This document shows positions 28,289 through 30,218 of a stretch of 30,218 nt of DNA, in pieces. The stretch comes from a virus (lineage: Duplodnaviria; Caudoviricetes). The translations under genes were made by a program, and so were the position numbers. The stretch spans positions 1-30,218 of IMG/VR virus record IMGVR_UViG_3300033076_000365. One strand, 5' to 3'. Below the pieces are notes generated by a model. That model worked only from the letters and a program-made list of their open reading frames with translations, had not been told where the DNA came from and did no database searches. How positions within the stretch are numbered: position 1 is the stretch's first letter; every line of letters starts with the position of its first letter.

Positions 28289-28530
28289 TTCTTGCTCTTG
28301 TCACCAACACAACGCCACTTCTTTCTTGATAGATTGTTGGGTGTGTTAGGGTCATTCTGTTTTTCTTTAGGTAATCTTTTCTTTATACCATTGGAACGAG
28401 CGCAGTAACTATCTCCCTTTGGTGTCCCAGGTTTTACTGAAGCACCTTTCTGTCCATAGCGTACAGTTTTCTTTCTACCTGTCTTTGGATTAGTGATTAC
28501 TTTCTTACTTGCCTTTTGGTTTGAAGCCAC
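28285..28530 (-). CDS. Small basic phage protein (DUF6321-like, 81 aa)
   Basis: YGQKG...SYCARS.GI.....DPNTPN.LSRKKW.C pattern; GTG start with AAGGAG. Confidence 0.75.
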   Translation of the reverse strand: MASNQKASKKVITNPKTGRKKTVRYGQKGASVKPGTPKGDSYCARSNGIKKRLPKEKQNDPNTPNNLSRKKWRCVGDKSKK

Positions 28531-28639
28531 CTTTCTTCTCCTTCATTTTCTTGTAGGTCTTTGGGTCAATAGTAGATTTCTTTTTACTTCTACTTGTTCC
28601 AGCTTTCTTACGCTTGTTTATATTTTCATATAGGCTCAT
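28505..28639 (-). CDS. Small Lys-rich protein, 44 aa (MSLYENINKRKKAGTSRSKKKSTIDPKTYKKMKEKKGGFKPKGK)
   Basis: Hand-translated; ATGA overlap with the upstream stop; fills the gap between tracked ORFs. Confidence 0.8.
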   Translation of the reverse strand: MSLYENINKRKKAGTSRSKKKSTIDPKTYKKMKEKKGGFKPKGK

Positions 28640-28866
28640 GCTAGATGCTCAACTATATGAAGGATAATAGCAAGGGCTGAAAGACCTATGCTTGTCCACT
28701 TCTTTACCTCTCTTTTTTTATCGAGAGGAGCAGCAGCAATAACAGCAGAAGCCACAGCAGGAGCTACATCTTTTACAACCTCTGCTACTTTTTCTACATC
28801 AACTTTCTTTTCTTCTTTCTTTATTTCAACCTTTGCTGGCTTTGGAATTCTTGATGCTTCGGTCAT
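28636..28866 (-). CDS. Small membrane protein in the lysis cassette (76 aa, C-terminal hydrophobic helix)
   Basis: RBS AAGGAG; WTSIGLSALAIILHIV; TAATG coupling. Confidence 0.6.
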   Translation of the reverse strand: MTEASRIPKPAKVEIKKEEKKVDVEKVAEVVKDVAPAVASAVIAAAPLDKKREVKKWTSIGLSALAIILHIVEHLA

Positions 28867-29153
28867 TAGTTTCTCTCCTTGATGATTTTAATATCTGTTT
28901 TAATATCTTCAATGTCTTCTTCAACTCTGTCCTGTCTTTTGGTAAGTTGGACGATGGTGGTTTCAAATACCTCTCTGTCTTTTTTGTGTTCGGTAAGGAT
29001 TGCTTCGACATTCTTCTGTTGGTTTTGAACATATTCTTTAAGAAGTGGAAAGGCTTGTGCAGTTATGAATTTATAAATGCCCCATAGAATAAGTATCATA
29101 ATTGCAAGAGCACCAAATGGACCAAGGGCGGCTGTAATTAATGTCTCTAACAT
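28866..29153 (-). CDS. Putative holin (BhlA/UviB-like: one N-terminal TM helix plus coiled coil)
   Basis: GPFGALAIMILILWGIY followed by a charged coiled coil ending RVEEDIEDIK. Confidence 0.7.
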   Translation of the reverse strand: MLETLITAALGPFGALAIMILILWGIYKFITAQAFPLLKEYVQNQQKNVEAILTEHKKDREVFETTIVQLTKRQDRVEEDIEDIKTDIKIIKERN

Positions 29154-29350
29154 TAGACCTCCTCAAACTGAATTAGCTTTCCAGCAAAGGCTTCTTGTGT
29201 TCCATTAAGGAGAAGCTGACCATAATCAATATCAAGACGAGAGCCATCCTGTAGAATAATGGTATCATCACTTTCTAATCCATATGGTCCTGTATAACAA
29301 TTGAATTCAAATGACCATCCATCTGGAAGTATTGTTACTTTAACTTTCAT
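29153..29350 (-). CDS. Hypothetical protein (65 aa)
   Basis: Coupled by TAATG overlaps at both ends. Confidence 0.6.
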   Translation of the reverse strand: MKVKVTILPDGWSFEFNCYTGPYGLESDDTIILQDGSRLDIDYGQLLLNGTQEAFAGKLIQFEEV

Positions 29351-29898
29351 TATTTAAATCCTATAAATAAACCAGAGAAGACAGAGAAATCATTATTAGT
29401 ATCTAAAGCTCCAGCACCATTGCGTCTTATATCTATAGCAATTAATCTTCCTTCTGGAACTGAAGTTAAATCAAGAGTAAAAGATAAATAAGTCCATTCA
29501 TTATTATTTAAGAGTGGTCCAATAAAGTCAGTTGGTGTTGGGATTATTTGTGTAGAAGTAGCTGCTGTCATTTTATTAACAGTATTTTGATATCTAACAA
29601 AAACGCCAAGTGTTGCATTACCTGTTGGTGCTACGTTTTCTGACCAGTAATAACCAGACACAATAAGTGATGTAGCATTTGGTGGTTTATAAAACTGACA
29701 GTTTGCATTTGCTTGAAAACCTACACCAGAAAAACGTGGAGCGTTCTCACCGTTAACTAATCCAAAGTTAGCAATAGATACAGGAAGATATCCTCTAGTA
29801 TATCCAGCAGGTTCATATGGGTTGGTTGTTTGACCAAAACCAAATGGAGTTTCAACAGAAGCTCCGAATACATCAGCGCCTGTAGTTGCCCCTCCCAT
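29350..29898 (-). CDS. Putative tail/receptor-binding protein (182 aa, beta-sandwich-like)
   Basis: Gly/Asn/Thr/aromatic-rich; coupled in the late operon. Confidence 0.55.
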   Translation of the reverse strand: MGGATTGADVFGASVETPFGFGQTTNPYEPAGYTRGYLPVSIANFGLVNGENAPRFSGVGFQANANCQFYKPPNATSLIVSGYYWSENVAPTGNATLGVFVRYQNTVNKMTAATSTQIIPTPTDFIGPLLNNNEWTYLSFTLDLTSVPEGRLIAIDIRRNGAGALDTNNDFSVFSGLFIGFK

Positions 29899-30116
29899 TA
29901 CATCACACCATTAGCAGGGTTAGGCCAACTGGCTATTGAAGCACAAGCAGCATCTAAATCCTCTGGACTATTAATAAACCATGAGCTACCATAACACATT
30001 AGTTGACCAACACCATCTGTAGGCCAAGCGGCATGAACTGCTTCTGATGTAAGTAGCCAACTATTTACATACCACACATAACCGATAACTGGATTTAACT
30101 GTATAATTTCTAACAT
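29898..30116 (-). CDS. Hypothetical protein (72 aa)
   Basis: RBS GAGAGG; follows the junction-spanning gene. Confidence 0.6.
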   Translation of the reverse strand: MLEIIQLNPVIGYVWYVNSWLLTSEAVHAAWPTDGVGQLMCYGSSWFINSPEDLDAACASIASWPNPANGVM

Positions 30117-30119
30117 TTA

Positions 30120-30218
30120 TTAAACCCTCTCTATAATGTAGATGTTCAGCTTTTTAATAGCCCAGCTTGTTGGACCTGTATTAACATTTCCTGTCTTGCA
30201 CCAAGAGACAATAGCCCA
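30120..30218 (-). CDS. C-terminal 32 aa (WAIVSWCKTGNVNTGPTSWAIKKLNIYIIERV) of the junction-spanning gene starting at 885
   Basis: Open from 30218 in the frame that continues 885..1; TAA at 30122-30120. Confidence 0.8.
   Translation of the reverse strand, partial: WAIVSWCKTGNVNTGPTSWAIKKLNIYIIERV

Larger units (their letters stand above)
1..30218. mobile_element. Complete tailed bacteriophage genome (podovirus-like), circular/circularly permuted assembly
   Basis: Terminase-portal-scaffold-capsid-adaptor-nozzle-ejection-lysis gene set; no host genes; ORF continues in frame across the 1/30218 junction. Confidence 0.93.

Noticed and set aside
1-30218. Stop-codon reassignment
   Set aside because: Genes are intact and densely packed in code 11; TAA, TAG and TGA all end credible genes

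Overview
The window looks like a complete, circularly permuted ~30.2 kb genome of a short-tailed (podovirus-like, P22-style architecture) tailed phage. The ORF running off position 1 on the minus strand continues in frame at position 30218 and stops at 30120. All genes but one are on the minus strand, in this order: small early genes, a sigma70-region-4-like HTH regulator, terminase small and large subunits, portal, FmdB-type Zn ribbon, scaffold, major capsid, decoration protein, adaptor, nozzle, three paralogous appendage proteins, three ejection/DNA-transfer proteins (largest 2235 aa), a second set of putative receptor-binding genes, holin-like proteins and an Amidase_2 endolysin. The single plus-strand gene is a PD-(D/E)XK nuclease. 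I found no DNA polymerase, primase, helicase, replication initiator, recombinase or integrase. A ~500 bp non-coding region (26101-26600) has origin-like features. Other points: a repeated putative late-promoter motif (CTTATTGTAG), apparent absence of GATC and CCGG, and several small basic ORFs missing from the ORF track. All product calls come from motifs and synteny read by eye; no database searches were run.
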